DNA of 54,566 nucleotides, from assembly GCA_041481535.1 (NCBI GenBank), contig JBGPBZ010000003.1, forward strand, positions 1 through 54,566, written 5' to 3'. How positions within the stretch are numbered: position 1 is the first letter of the stretch; each line of letters opens with the position of its first letter. The DNA is from Dehalococcoidia bacterium (GTDB taxonomy: Bacteria > Chloroflexota > Dehalococcoidia > SM23-28-2 > RBG-16-64-32). The notes under the pieces were generated by a model that saw nothing but the letters and a program-made list of their open reading frames with translations, did not search any database and was not told where the DNA came from. This document shows, piece by piece, positions 10,332 through 18,748 of this stretch. Both the position numbers and the translations under genes were made by a program.

Positions 10332-10816
10332 GACGTTACTCCTTCACTGTGTCGGGAAGCTCGACGATGCAGATCCAGTACCCTGAAGCGCACCCGCTAG
10401 TGAGCACGATGACCGGTATCTCGAAGACGCGTCAGCCATCCATGGCAACGGAAAGCTGATGCCGCCACCCAGAACGGCATTACACCAAGCCAGCCACCGC
10501 GATCAACGTTCAGTTAAGGGAGACGGAACCCATGCTGGGCTGTTACAGGGCGCGCTGGGATTCTGCAATAACTGCGTGGCGCTGGGGGTAGCGCCAGGAA
10601 GTGCGTTTCGGCACTGCCGGGCATGTCAGGCACCTTCGCCAGTCGAGACAGGTGAAACCTGGGTCGCCGCGAGAAAACGGCAGGACGAGCTTTCTTACAA
10701 GAGGAAGCTAAACCCCGGCGGCGGTTCGGTGTTGCTGAGCCTCGACAGTTATGTCGATCGACTAGCAGGAGACCCGACAGGCCGATCAGAACCCGCAAGC
10801 GCCTCGCCGAATGTCT

Positions 10817-10889
10817 CCCCGAGTTCGGCGATTCTTGTCGAGATGAGCTCCGATGCCGACTGGCCTTGGCTCGCGCGCGACTTCTTTAT
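10817..10889 (-). pseudogene. N-terminal fragment of a DUF1801-family gene
   Basis: (I)KKSRASQGQSASELISTRIAELG resembles the typical DUF1801 N-terminus; ATA stands where the start codon is expected; similarity stops abruptly. Confidence 0.5.
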
Positions 10890-10958
10890 GTTCTCATCCT
10901 AGAAGTTCCAATCGGACGAGTAGCCCGTCCATGGCACTCCCTGCGTTCAAATCCTATC

Positions 10959-11028
10959 TGAAGCGGGAGACGGGGCTCGCCTGCCCGCCGCGGAGGGAAC
11001 CCGCGACCCTCTGCTTGGGAAACAGATG
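10959..11028 (-). repeat. Degenerate copy of tRNA-Gly 3' half (att-like) with 18-nt insert in the T-loop
   Basis: tgaagcgggagacggggctcg[cctgcccgccgcggaggg]aacccgcgaccctctgcttgggaaacagatg. Confidence 0.85.
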
Positions 11029-11279
11029 GGTCGCTTTCCTTGCCGATCCAGAACATGCTCAGGCAATTTCCGCCTGAAAACGGGCCGTTTTGAGCATTCT
11101 GACTCAGGACGTGCTGAGCATCTGATTGTGAGTCGAATCTTGACGTCACGTCAAGCCATCTGACTGACGACTACGCTACGCATGCAAATCGATGGAACGG
11201 GGCACAGGGAGCGTTGGCGACCGGGCTTAGCCGCCGATGGCCCGACAACCTTGCGGTAAATCGATGTGTATAGCTGCCA

Positions 11280-11745
11280 GGACTTCGCGACGTCCAGCAG
11301 ATCGATCAGGTTCGTCCCTCCGCTGCAGTCGACATCGCCGTTGACCGGAATCCCATAGCCGATATTATCGCAGGGCTGCGTTTGAGAGACCGCCAGGCCT
11401 ATGTCGGAGCGTAAGAGGCCCAACAGATCGTCGACCCCTACTCCTCCGTTGCAATCGACATCGCCCGACACGTGGGGCGGGTCGCAGATGTCGCCCTTGC
11501 CGTCGCCGTCCGAGTCGAGCACGTTGATGCCTTTGACCTGAGGACAGTTGTCCACGAGGTCCGGCACGGTATCACCGTCGCCGTCGGTGCAACCGGTGTC
11601 GGCGGAATCCATCTGACCATCGCCGTCATTGTCGATGCCGTCGCCGCAGCTGTTCCCAAAGCCGAGGAACTCCGGCTGGCCTGACGCTTTTAGCGGATCG
11701 GACCCGGCCAGCGTCTCAAGACCGTTGGGCATACCGTCCCCATCC
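11280..11745 (-). pseudogene. Fragment of a TSP3-repeat/dockerin-like exported protein
   Basis: DGDGDTVPDLVDNCP, DSDGDGKGDICD, GDVDCNGGVGVDDLL, GDVDCSGGTNLIDLL; no own start or signal peptide. Confidence 0.65.
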
Positions 11746-12097
11746 TCAACCGCATCGTCGTCGCCACCCTTTTTCGTGATCCGCTCGACAATTCCGTACC
11801 GCGCGACCCAGCGTGACTCGTCGCTATACGTGAACTCTTCGCGGACCGCCGGCGAGAAGCGCCAGAGGAGGTGGAAGAGCGTCGAAGCATAACCGCCCAT
11901 CAACGTGCCGGTGAGCGTGAGCACGCGGCCACAGGCTTCAGCGAGGGTGCCGGCGGCGAGCCATTGAGCCGACCCTCTGGCCTTGTACTCGTGCTGTTCA
12001 TCGACGATCAGCAGGTCGAAGAAGCGAGGCATCCGTCGCGCGATGTAGTTGGCGAGAGAGAGCGCCGCGCGGCCCCGACCGGTCGGCCTGCCAGACC
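11740..12097 (-). pseudogene. Internal fragment of an SF2 helicase (mobile-element methyltransferase-helicase type)
   Basis: LLIVDEQHEYK (motif II), LTLTGTL (motif III); no Walker A or C-terminal domain; frameshift after WQADRSGPR. Confidence 0.65.
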
Positions 12098-12219
12098 GGT
12101 CCGTTGATCTCCGCAGCGAGGTGCCTCGCTTCTGCGGGTGTCGCGGCGGTGCCGCCTTCGGGAAGGCGCACTCCCTGCTTCGCGAGGAGTTTCTTGGCCT
12201 CGAACTCGTAGAAACGCAT
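12095..12219 (-). pseudogene. sucC: N-terminal fragment of succinyl-CoA synthetase beta subunit (ATP-grasp)
   Basis: MRFYEFEAKKLLAKQGVRLPEGGTAATPAEARHLAAEINGPV, then similarity is lost. Confidence 0.7.
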
Positions 12220-12220
12220 C

Positions 12221-12787
12221 TCAGTCGCGGTGTCTCAGGGCCTCCTGCGACTGCGCGAGGTGCATTTCGTAGTGTAGAGGGTGGATGAGCCACCACTGAC
12301 CAAGGTCTATCTCGCCGAAGATTGGGTGCGCCATCCGATACTTGCGTGGGTCTAGGGTAGCCATCGCCTTAAACGATTTCTTGGTCCACTCGCTCATCTC
12401 TCGCAGCGCTTCGATCAGCTCCGCCGGGGCGAGCTCCTTCTGCGGCCAGATGGGAGGCGGCGCTTCCATACCATCCGGCGGTGGAAGCGGCTCGAACGCT
12501 GTGAGGTCGGAGGGAAAGCCTGTCGCCTCGCTGGACGCCAGCGCGCGTGCAGCCATTGTCTCAGTGAGCCGGTTAGTGAACCCTTCGGCCAGCAGGAGGT
12601 GATCGACGAGCTGGGCGGGGCTCCAGTCGTCAGGTGTCGGGCGCCGGGTTGCCTCGTCGGGGCCCAAAGTAGAAAGCAACTCGATGAGGCGAGATCGCTC
12701 CGTCTCGAGATTCGCGAGGAGCTCAGCGAGTGGTGCGGGCACGTCCATCATCGCCCGCGCCAGCTCGTCCAAGAGATGTGTGTTCAT
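12221..12787 (-). CDS. DinB superfamily protein
   Basis: WSPAQLVDHL...HPIFGEIDLGQW...HYEMHLAQ His triad pattern. Confidence 0.85.
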   Translation of the reverse strand: MNTHLLDELARAMMDVPAPLAELLANLETERSRLIELLSTLGPDEATRRPTPDDWSPAQLVDHLLLAEGFTNRLTETMAARALASSEATGFPSDLTAFEPLPPPDGMEAPPPIWPQKELAPAELIEALREMSEWTKKSFKAMATLDPRKYRMAHPIFGEIDLGQWWLIHPLHYEMHLAQSQEALRHRD

Positions 12788-13077
12788 CGAGCTATCTCCT
12801 GTCTCTCTACAGCGATCACCCGCCGCGGGCCGAATGTCGCCTTACCGATCGCGGCGAGGCGCTGGGAGCGATCGTTCGCGCTATGGAATTCGAGGTCTGC
12901 CAGGGTCGCGCCGAGGTCGACCCGCAACACAGGTAAGGCAGTGGTAACCATTAGCGTGTCAAGGGCGACCATAAATACCCCGAGGGAAGCCATACCCAGC
13001 GTCCATCCCTTGTGGGGCTTTCGGGAGTCGAGTTCAGTATCGGACGTCGAAGTTCCGTTAATCGCTAGTGTACTCAT
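12784..13077 (-). pseudogene. Truncated DHA2/MFS transporter (first TM only) fused to unrelated sequence
   Basis: WTLGMASLGVFMVALDTLMVTTALPVLRVDLGATLADLE, then divergence; 97 aa. Confidence 0.7.
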
Positions 13078-13115
13078 TGTTCGTCCTCCGACTTCATTCT
13101 CGTCGTCTGACAGAT

Positions 13116-13143
13116 AGACGAACGGGCCAGGTCGGGATGGACA
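13116..13143 (-). promoter_or_regulatory. Putative ECF42-type promoter upstream of the MFS remnant
   Basis: Minus strand TGTCC...CCGTTCGTCT, repeated at 14898-14924. Confidence 0.55.
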
Positions 13144-13184
13144 GCGAAGGTCAGAGTTTACTCGGAATGGCCTCCGGCCGCTTA

Positions 13185-14513
13185 TCAGTCGTGCGACGCT
13201 CGGACTTCCGCCAAGCGCCGCTCTAGGTACCTACACTCCACGGGGTTGGAGCAGAGTTCGAGCGCCCGCCGATACGCCGCCGCGGCCTCGTCGAGCCGTC
13301 CGGCCCTGCGGAGCAGGTCTGCCCGAGAGGCATACAGCAGATGGTAGCGCCCAAGTGAGCCTTCGGCCTCAATCTCGTCAATCAGCCGCAGACCGGCCTC
13401 TGGACCAAGGGCCATCCCGATGGCCGCTGCCCGGTTCAGCTTGACCACTGGGCTGGGCTGGACGCGCTGCAGCTCGCCGTAGAGCAGGGCGATCTGGGAC
13501 CAGTCCGCATCCTGCGGACGGCCTGGCTCCGCGTGCAGCGCGGCGATCGCCGCCTGGAGCTGAAAGGGTCCCGGCCGGCGCATGCGAAGGGAGCGCTCAG
13601 CAAGAGTTGTGCCCTCCTCTATCCGGAGCCTGTCCCATCGCGCGCGGTCCTGCTCTTCCAGCGTGAGGAGATCGCCGGACTCGTCTGTCCGCGCTTCTCG
13701 CCGTGCATCGACCAGGATCATGAGCGCCAGAAGTCCCAGAGCTTCGGACTCATCCGGCATGAGTTCGTTGATGAGGCGTCCGAGCCGGATCGCCTCGTCG
13801 CACAACTCCTTGCGCACGAGAGCATCGCCGGTCGTCGCCGTGTAGCCCTCATTGAATATTAGGTAGATGACGGTCAGCACGCTGGCAAGACGATCGGGGA
13901 GCTGATGCGCAGCCGGGACCTGGTACGGAATATTGGCGTCACGGATCTTGCTCTTCGCCCGTACCAGCCGCTTCGCCATAGTGTCCTGAGGCACAAGAAA
14001 GGCTCTGGCGATTTCGCCCGTTTCTAGCCCAGCCACCGTCCGAAGCGTCAGCGCTATCTGTGCCTCGCGGGCAAGCGCGGGGTGACAGCAGGTGAAGATC
14101 AGCCGTAGTCGATCGTCCCCCAAGACTTCCTCCGAGCGCTTACCGTTCGGCGCGCTGGCCGCCTCCGCTTGCTCGACTTCCAGCAGGCGCTGCAGCAGTT
14201 CCTGCTTGCGCCGCAGCGTCTGGTCGCGCCGTAGCCGGTCTATCGCCTTGCGACGTGCCGTCGTGAAGATCCACGAGTCAGGCCGTTCTGGAACGCCGTC
14301 CTGTGGCCAGCGCTCCAGGGCGACCACGAGCGCGTCCTGGAGCGCGTCTTCCGCGACCTGAAAGTCGCCGCCGCAGGCGCCGATGAGAGCCGCCGTGATG
14401 CGGGCCCAATGCTCGTGGGCCAGCGCCTCCACCACACGGCGTGGCCCAGTCGCGCCGTGTGGTGGAGCATGTCCTTCGGTGGTTGCGTCGTGCTGCGCGG
14501 GCGAAGCCGTCAC
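13185..14513 (-). CDS. ECF sigma factor with C-terminal TPR extension (ECF42-like)
   Basis: [36 protein letters not shown]; GTG start overlaps the YciI stop (GTGA). Confidence 0.9.
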   Translation of the reverse strand: MTASPAQHDATTEGHAPPHGATGPRRVVEALAHEHWARITAALIGACGGDFQVAEDALQDALVVALERWPQDGVPERPDSWIFTTARRKAIDRLRRDQTLRRKQELLQRLLEVEQAEAASAPNGKRSEEVLGDDRLRLIFTCCHPALAREAQIALTLRTVAGLETGEIARAFLVPQDTMAKRLVRAKSKIRDANIPYQVPAAHQLPDRLASVLTVIYLIFNEGYTATTGDALVRKELCDEAIRLGRLINELMPDESEALGLLALMILVDARREARTDESGDLLTLEEQDRARWDRLRIEEGTTLAERSLRMRRPGPFQLQAAIAALHAEPGRPQDADWSQIALLYGELQRVQPSPVVKLNRAAAIGMALGPEAGLRLIDEIEAEGSLGRYHLLYASRADLLRRAGRLDEAAAAYRRALELCSNPVECRYLERRLAEVRASHD

Positions 14514-14845
14514 TCGAACAACTTCACCGGGCGGACTTCGATGTGCCCGGTCGGGGCCCATGGGATCTTCGCCGCCAGCTCCAGCGCGATGTCGAGGTTC
14601 CGGCAATCAAAGATGTAGAAGCCGCCCAGCTGTTCCTTCGTGTCGATGAACGGGCCGTCCGTGATGATCCTGTCGCCGTTCCGAACGCTTACGACCGAGG
14701 CTGTCCCCGACGGCTGGAGCGCTGCTCCGGCCACCTGGGTCGCGATCTTCGCTGCTGCCTCGCCGAACGCCTGCCACGTCGCCATCTCCTCGGGCGTCGG
14801 CGGCTTGTCGCCCTCCTCGTTGAAGAGCAGAAGCATGTACTTCAC
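14510..14845 (-). CDS. YciI/DGPF-family protein
   Basis: [17 protein letters not shown]...IEVRPV. Confidence 0.9.
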   Translation of the reverse strand: MKYMLLLFNEEGDKPPTPEEMATWQAFGEAAAKIATQVAGAALQPSGTASVVSVRNGDRIITDGPFIDTKEQLGGFYIFDCRNLDIALELAAKIPWAPTGHIEVRPVKLFE

Positions 14846-14897
14846 TGCATCCTCCTTTCGCTATCTGGACACGACCCTGTGTCGCGTCTCGAATCTT

Positions 14898-14924
14898 AGA
14901 CGAACGGATCCCCGGCGAAAGGAC
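14898..14924 (-). promoter_or_regulatory. Putative ECF42-type autoregulatory promoter of the yciI-ECF operon
   Basis: TGTCCTTTCGCCGGGATCCGTTCGTCT on the minus strand. Confidence 0.55.
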
Positions 14925-14929
14925 AACAC

Positions 14930-15199
14930 TACCGCTGCCAGATCACGTAACTTGCTCTCCAGAGTCAAGTCATCAACATTCCGCTCGGAGAGCCCAGTCC
15001 CTCTCCAGTCGTATCGAACAAGCGTTGTCTTACGCGCCAGCTGCTCGTACCAGCGACGCATCTCGGGGAACTGCCACTCTTGCTGTACGTGGCTGAACAT
15101 TCCCTGAGGCATGTGAACGAAGGGCATGCCTTCCCCCAGCGTCCAATACGCGATGTTGATCCCATCGCTCGTCTTCGTGTACTGGATGCGCGGCTCCAT
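14930..15199 (-). pseudogene. N-terminal fragment of an alpha/beta-hydrolase-fold regulator (cyclase/LuxR-fused type)
   Basis: MEPRIQYTKTSDGINIAYWTLGEG...LVRYDWRGTGLSER; truncated after LRDLAAVV. Confidence 0.65.
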
Positions 15200-15385
15200 G
15201 GCGCGAATTGTACAACCAGGTTGGCAATCAACCGTGTGGCCATCTGCGCGCATGTCAGGTGGGCTCGAATTCGTATCCAGGTAAGTCAGATGTGCAGCAC
15301 GCTAGATACGGGTCGGAACACCAAGGCCATCTGACTGTCGAAAAACACGGCGATTTGGCGATTCCCAACCCGCCCGAAACGTATC

Positions 15386-15431
15386 TGGAGCCGGAGACGG
15401 GGCTCGAACCCGCGACCCTCTGCTTGGGAAG
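15386..15431 (-). repeat. Copy of tRNA-Gly 3' half (att-like)
   Basis: 45/46 nt identical to 16208-16253; followed by a ~110-nt arm homologous to 8156-8260. Confidence 0.9.
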
Positions 15432-15570
15432 ATTAGGTTTCGCCATTCGTATCTAGCGACGCCTAATTTCCGCGATTTCGCCGGCAAATGAACCTCTGTC
15501 TCCAGAGGCAGTGACCCTAAAACTCCAGACGCTATTCTACCGAATCTCTGGGTACTCTACTCAGCGAGAT

Positions 15571-15978
15571 TCAACTCTGCATCCACGGAGTGTAAGTGAT
15601 GCTAATGAGAAGGCCTTCCGGACTGGAGAGGCGTAGGACGGTCTGGCCCCATTCCTCCTTCTTGGGCCCGACCAGGATACGGTGGCCTGCGTTCCGCAAT
15701 TCCTGGGCCGCGCGTCCAACCGCCTCTTCACTTTCAACGTCGAACTCGATGTTAGCCTGCGGCGTCGGCACGTCAGACGGCCATTGGCGCGTCCCGAAGA
15801 TCGACTGAGCTGCAGCTTCGAGGGTCCATTGACCGAAGTGCTTGACACCGTCGATTTCGTCGGCCGAGACATATTCATCGCCATGCAACGGTAAACCCAG
15901 TGTATCTCGGTAGAACTCAAGGCTCACCTGACGGTCTCTTACGAGCGGCCCGAAACCGGCTACGAATTTGATTTTCAT
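15571..15978 (-). CDS. VOC/glyoxalase family protein
   Basis: SLEFYRDTLGLPL...EEWGQTVLRLSSPEGLLI; GGAGG SD before MKIKF. Confidence 0.85.
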   Translation of the reverse strand: MKIKFVAGFGPLVRDRQVSLEFYRDTLGLPLHGDEYVSADEIDGVKHFGQWTLEAAAQSIFGTRQWPSDVPTPQANIEFDVESEEAVGRAAQELRNAGHRILVGPKKEEWGQTVLRLSSPEGLLISITYTPWMQS

Positions 15979-16069
15979 GTGTGTCACCTCCAGCGGGAGC
16001 ATAAGGCTTCGTTCTGATAACGCTCTGTCAGTGGGTATGGCGATTGGCGATCATCAGAAAACTCCCCAT

Positions 16070-16094
16070 GACCCTCTGCTTGCGTGGCAGATGC
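16070..16094 (-). repeat. Short remnant of the tRNA-Gly anticodon arm
   Basis: gaccctctgcttgcgtggcagatgc, 22/25 identical to the tRNA. Confidence 0.55.
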
Positions 16095-16207
16095 CCGCGA
16101 TTTCGTATCTCGGATCACGTACTAAGCGACACGCCAGATAGGAGGTGACCCTATGCCTCCGTGAAAAAGACTGCAGTTTCGGGACGGCGAGTCAAGGAAA
16201 TCGTATC

Positions 16208-16282
16208 TGGAGCGGGAGACGGGGCTCGAACCCGCGACCCTCTGCTTGGGAAGCAGATGCTCTACCACTGAGCTACTCCCGC
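16208..16282 (-). tRNA. tRNA-Gly(CCC)
   Basis: Canonical cloverleaf GCGGGAG...TCTGC TTCCCAA GCAGA...TTCGAGC...CTCCCGC T CCA. Confidence 0.97.
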
Positions 16283-16352
16283 TCGCAGCCGTATTTTAGC
16301 AGAGGCCAGCGAAATCTCGCGTGCCAGTCGCGCAGCGGCTATCCTCATAGTC

Positions 16353-16823
16353 ATGAAGAAAGTGCTAACGCTTGGTGTCGCCGTTGCCGTCGTTTGCGTG
16401 ATCGCGGCCGTCGCGGCCATCGCCCTTAACAGCAGCAGTGAGGATACGACCCCCATCCCGTCCGCGCTGGCCAGCGTCTGCAAGCAGAACGAGACCACCC
16501 CTGCCCCGGACGTCATCGCGATCAGCAAACCAGAGGCAGGCGCAGCCATCACGAGCCCGCTCGACGTCAAAGGCTCGATCAACGCACCCGGCGGGACGTT
16601 CTTCATCTCGCTTGTCACGGCGGACGGGCAGCACATCATCGACTACCCGGCTCACAGCCAGACAGATACGTTCGTACCTTTTGAGCAGCAAGTACCGTTT
16701 AGTATTTTCGAGCAGACTCCTGCTTGCGTCTGGGTCTACCGCCAGAACGCCGACGACCTGGATACCGTGCGCATCCCGGTGGTCATCCAGCCACAACCCT
16801 CACCGACGAACGGAGGACAATGA
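16353..16823 (+). CDS. Exported protein with Gmad2-like Ig domain
   Basis: N-terminal TM; 'ISKPEAGAAITSPLDVKG'; paralog of the next gene (TPACVWV). Confidence 0.7.
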   Translation: MKKVLTLGVAVAVVCVIAAVAAIALNSSSEDTTPIPSALASVCKQNETTPAPDVIAISKPEAGAAITSPLDVKGSINAPGGTFFISLVTADGQHIIDYPAHSQTDTFVPFEQQVPFSIFEQTPACVWVYRQNADDLDTVRIPVVIQPQPSPTNGGQ

Positions 16824-17341
16824 GATACCTCATACCGGCCGCCCTCGCGCTGGTCATCGCCCTGGCCGTAGCCTGCGGTGACGACGACAACGCAACGAAT
16901 TCGCCAACATCGACACACACAGCGTCCGCAACAACATCTGCATCGGCGACGACAACGCACTCTCCCGCGACGACATCGTCGCCGCTCCCGACGGCAATGG
17001 GCAGCATCTGCGGGGCTAACCCTGACCCGGCGACATCAAGCGAGGCCGTAATCACTGCGCCACTCGCGAACGCCCAGCTATCGAGCCCGCTCGTGGTCAG
17101 CGGCACGATCGCTGCGTTCGAAGCGGTATTCCAGATCTCGATCAAGGACGCGGCGGGGAACGACATCGTAACGCAGAGCGGGATGGCTTCGGAGGGCCAG
17201 ACGCTGGCGCCATTTGGCGAGAGCGTGCCCTTCACCGTTACCGCGCAGACGCCGGCCTGCGTCTGGGTGTTCCAGATTAGCGCGATGGACGGCGTCAGCC
17301 CGGTCAACGTCACCCAGATTCCCGTTACGCTGGTGCCCTGA
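16820..17341 (+). CDS. Lipoprotein with Gmad2-like Ig domain
   Basis: Lipobox AVAC; GGAGG SD; ATGA overlap; 'LSSPLVVSGTIAAFEA'. Confidence 0.75.
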   Translation: MRYLIPAALALVIALAVACGDDDNATNSPTSTHTASATTSASATTTHSPATTSSPLPTAMGSICGANPDPATSSEAVITAPLANAQLSSPLVVSGTIAAFEAVFQISIKDAAGNDIVTQSGMASEGQTLAPFGESVPFTVTAQTPACVWVFQISAMDGVSPVNVTQIPVTLVP

Positions 17342-18090
17342 TGATCAGAGGAGACGGCCGCCGCCCGATGGAGATACGCCCGGTCACGATCGAGCCGGGC
17401 TACCTGCCGCACGCCGAGGGCTCGGCGCTGATCACTATGGGCGGCACGTCCGTCCTTTGCGCCGTAACGATGGAAGACCGCATCCCGCGGTTCGCGCTTG
17501 GCACAGGCAACGGCTGGATCACGGCCGAGTACGGCATGCTCCCGCGCTCCACGCTCACCCGCACCTCCCGCGAGAAGTCGAGCACCTCCGGCCGCACCGC
17601 GGAGATCCAGCGGCTAATCGGCCGCTCGCTGCGCTCAGTCGCGCGCCTCGATCTTCTTGGCGAGCGGACCTACACGGTGGACTGCGACGTCATCAAGGCG
17701 GACGGCGGCACTCGTACCGCCTCGATCACCGGTGCGTACGTTGCGCTCGTCCAGGCGATGCACAAGCTCGTCGTGTCTGGCGCGTACACCGCCGTGCCCG
17801 TGCAGTGCGGCGTCGCCGCGATCAGCGCCGGCGTCGTCGACGGCATACCGCTGCTCGACCTGCCGTACGAAGAGGACTACCGCGCCGCGCTCGACTTCAA
17901 CGTCGTCGGCACCGAAGCGGGCGAGCTGGTCGAGGTACAGGGGACCGGCGAGAGCCACCCCTTCACGCGCGAGCAGATGGCCGAAATCATGGACCTCTGC
18001 GACGCGGGCCTGCTCGAACTCTTCGCGGCCCAGCGCGCGGCCCTTGCGGGCATCGGGATCACGGTCCCGCAGCCTGCTCCCGCCGTCTAA
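17341..18090 (+). CDS. rph: Ribonuclease PH
   Basis: GWITAEYGMLPRST, EIQRLIGRSLR, ADGGTRTASITG, VEVQGTGE. Confidence 0.96.
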   Translation: MIRGDGRRPMEIRPVTIEPGYLPHAEGSALITMGGTSVLCAVTMEDRIPRFALGTGNGWITAEYGMLPRSTLTRTSREKSSTSGRTAEIQRLIGRSLRSVARLDLLGERTYTVDCDVIKADGGTRTASITGAYVALVQAMHKLVVSGAYTAVPVQCGVAAISAGVVDGIPLLDLPYEEDYRAALDFNVVGTEAGELVEVQGTGESHPFTREQMAEIMDLCDAGLLELFAAQRAALAGIGITVPQPAPAV

Positions 18091-18419
18091 GCGTACTCGC
18101 CCAGGAAGATGCCGCCGATGACGTGCACGTGCGCGTGATCCTGGCTCTGCATCGCGTCCGGCCCGAAGTTCGAGAGCAGCCGGAAGCCGCCGGGGCAGTG
18201 CTTCTGCCCCATCTCCACCGCCACCTCCCCCACGCGGCCGAGGTCGCGCCATAGGTCCGCCTGTGCCATGTGCTTCTTCGGCACCGATAGCAGCATCACC
18301 GGCACCCAGCGCAGGCGGTTGCGGAAGACGATGACGTCGTCGTCCTCGAATAGGACTTCGGCGGGTTCCCGTTTAGCGATGATCTCGCAGAACACGCAGT
18401 AACGTTGCACGCCATCCAA
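18087..18419 (-). CDS. HIT domain protein
   Basis: CVFCEII...QSQDHAHVHVIGG; start uncertain (TTG 18419 or GTG 18410). Confidence 0.85.
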   Translation of the reverse strand: MDGVQRYCVFCEIIAKREPAEVLFEDDDVIVFRNRLRWVPVMLLSVPKKHMAQADLWRDLGRVGEVAVEMGQKHCPGGFRLLSNFGPDAMQSQDHAHVHVIGGIFLGEYA

Positions 18420-18510
18420 GATAGCCGCTCGCTGAGTGAAGCGGGAGTGACCTGCGCAGTGCCACTTCGTTATTGCTTCGCGGTTTTGGGAACGCATAAG
18501 CTCCCGTCGT

Positions 18511-18583
18511 GCCCCGGTAGCTCAGTTGGATAGAGCATCCTTTGACTAAGGGAAGGTCGTGGGTTCGAGTCCCACCCGGGGCA
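18511..18583 (+). tRNA. tRNA-like gene (Arg-like body) with abnormal anticodon arm; anticodon unassignable
   Basis: Perfect acceptor (GCCCCGG/CCGGGGC), D and T arms; anticodon+variable region is 21 nt rather than the usual 22; TTGCTT-N18-TAAGCT promoter upstream. Confidence 0.75.
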
Positions 18584-18672
18584 CCTCGTGAGCCTTGACA
18601 GGCAAGCGAGTCGATGGTTCTATAAGAATACCCTTAGTCAAAAGGATGGGTGCTCACCAACGAGCTACCAGA

Positions 18673-18704
18673 ACGGAGCGGAACCATCCGCTCCGTTTCC
18701 TTTT
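18673..18704 (+). terminator. Rho-independent terminator-like hairpin
   Basis: aacggagcgga-acca-tccgctccgtt followed by tcctttt. Confidence 0.6.
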
Positions 18705-18748
18705 GCCCCGCCCTTGACCCTCGACCGCTGACCCTCGACGCTAGACCT

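Noticed and set aside
11151-12296. 381-aa ORF as a genuine helicase-dockerin fusion gene
   Set aside because: Its N-terminus is out-of-frame dinB/sucC sequence and the helicase part lacks most motifs, so it is best explained as a mosaic of fragments.
8090-15431. Additional functional tRNA-Gly genes
   Set aside because: The copies lack the 5' acceptor strand and D arm, and two have T-loop inserts.
1-16282. Prophage or integrase gene in the island
   Set aside because: No recombinase or phage structural motifs were recognised in any frame.
18511-18583. Amber suppressor (CTA) or Val(GAC) assignment
   Set aside because: Neither register gives a well-paired stem with U33 and purine 37.
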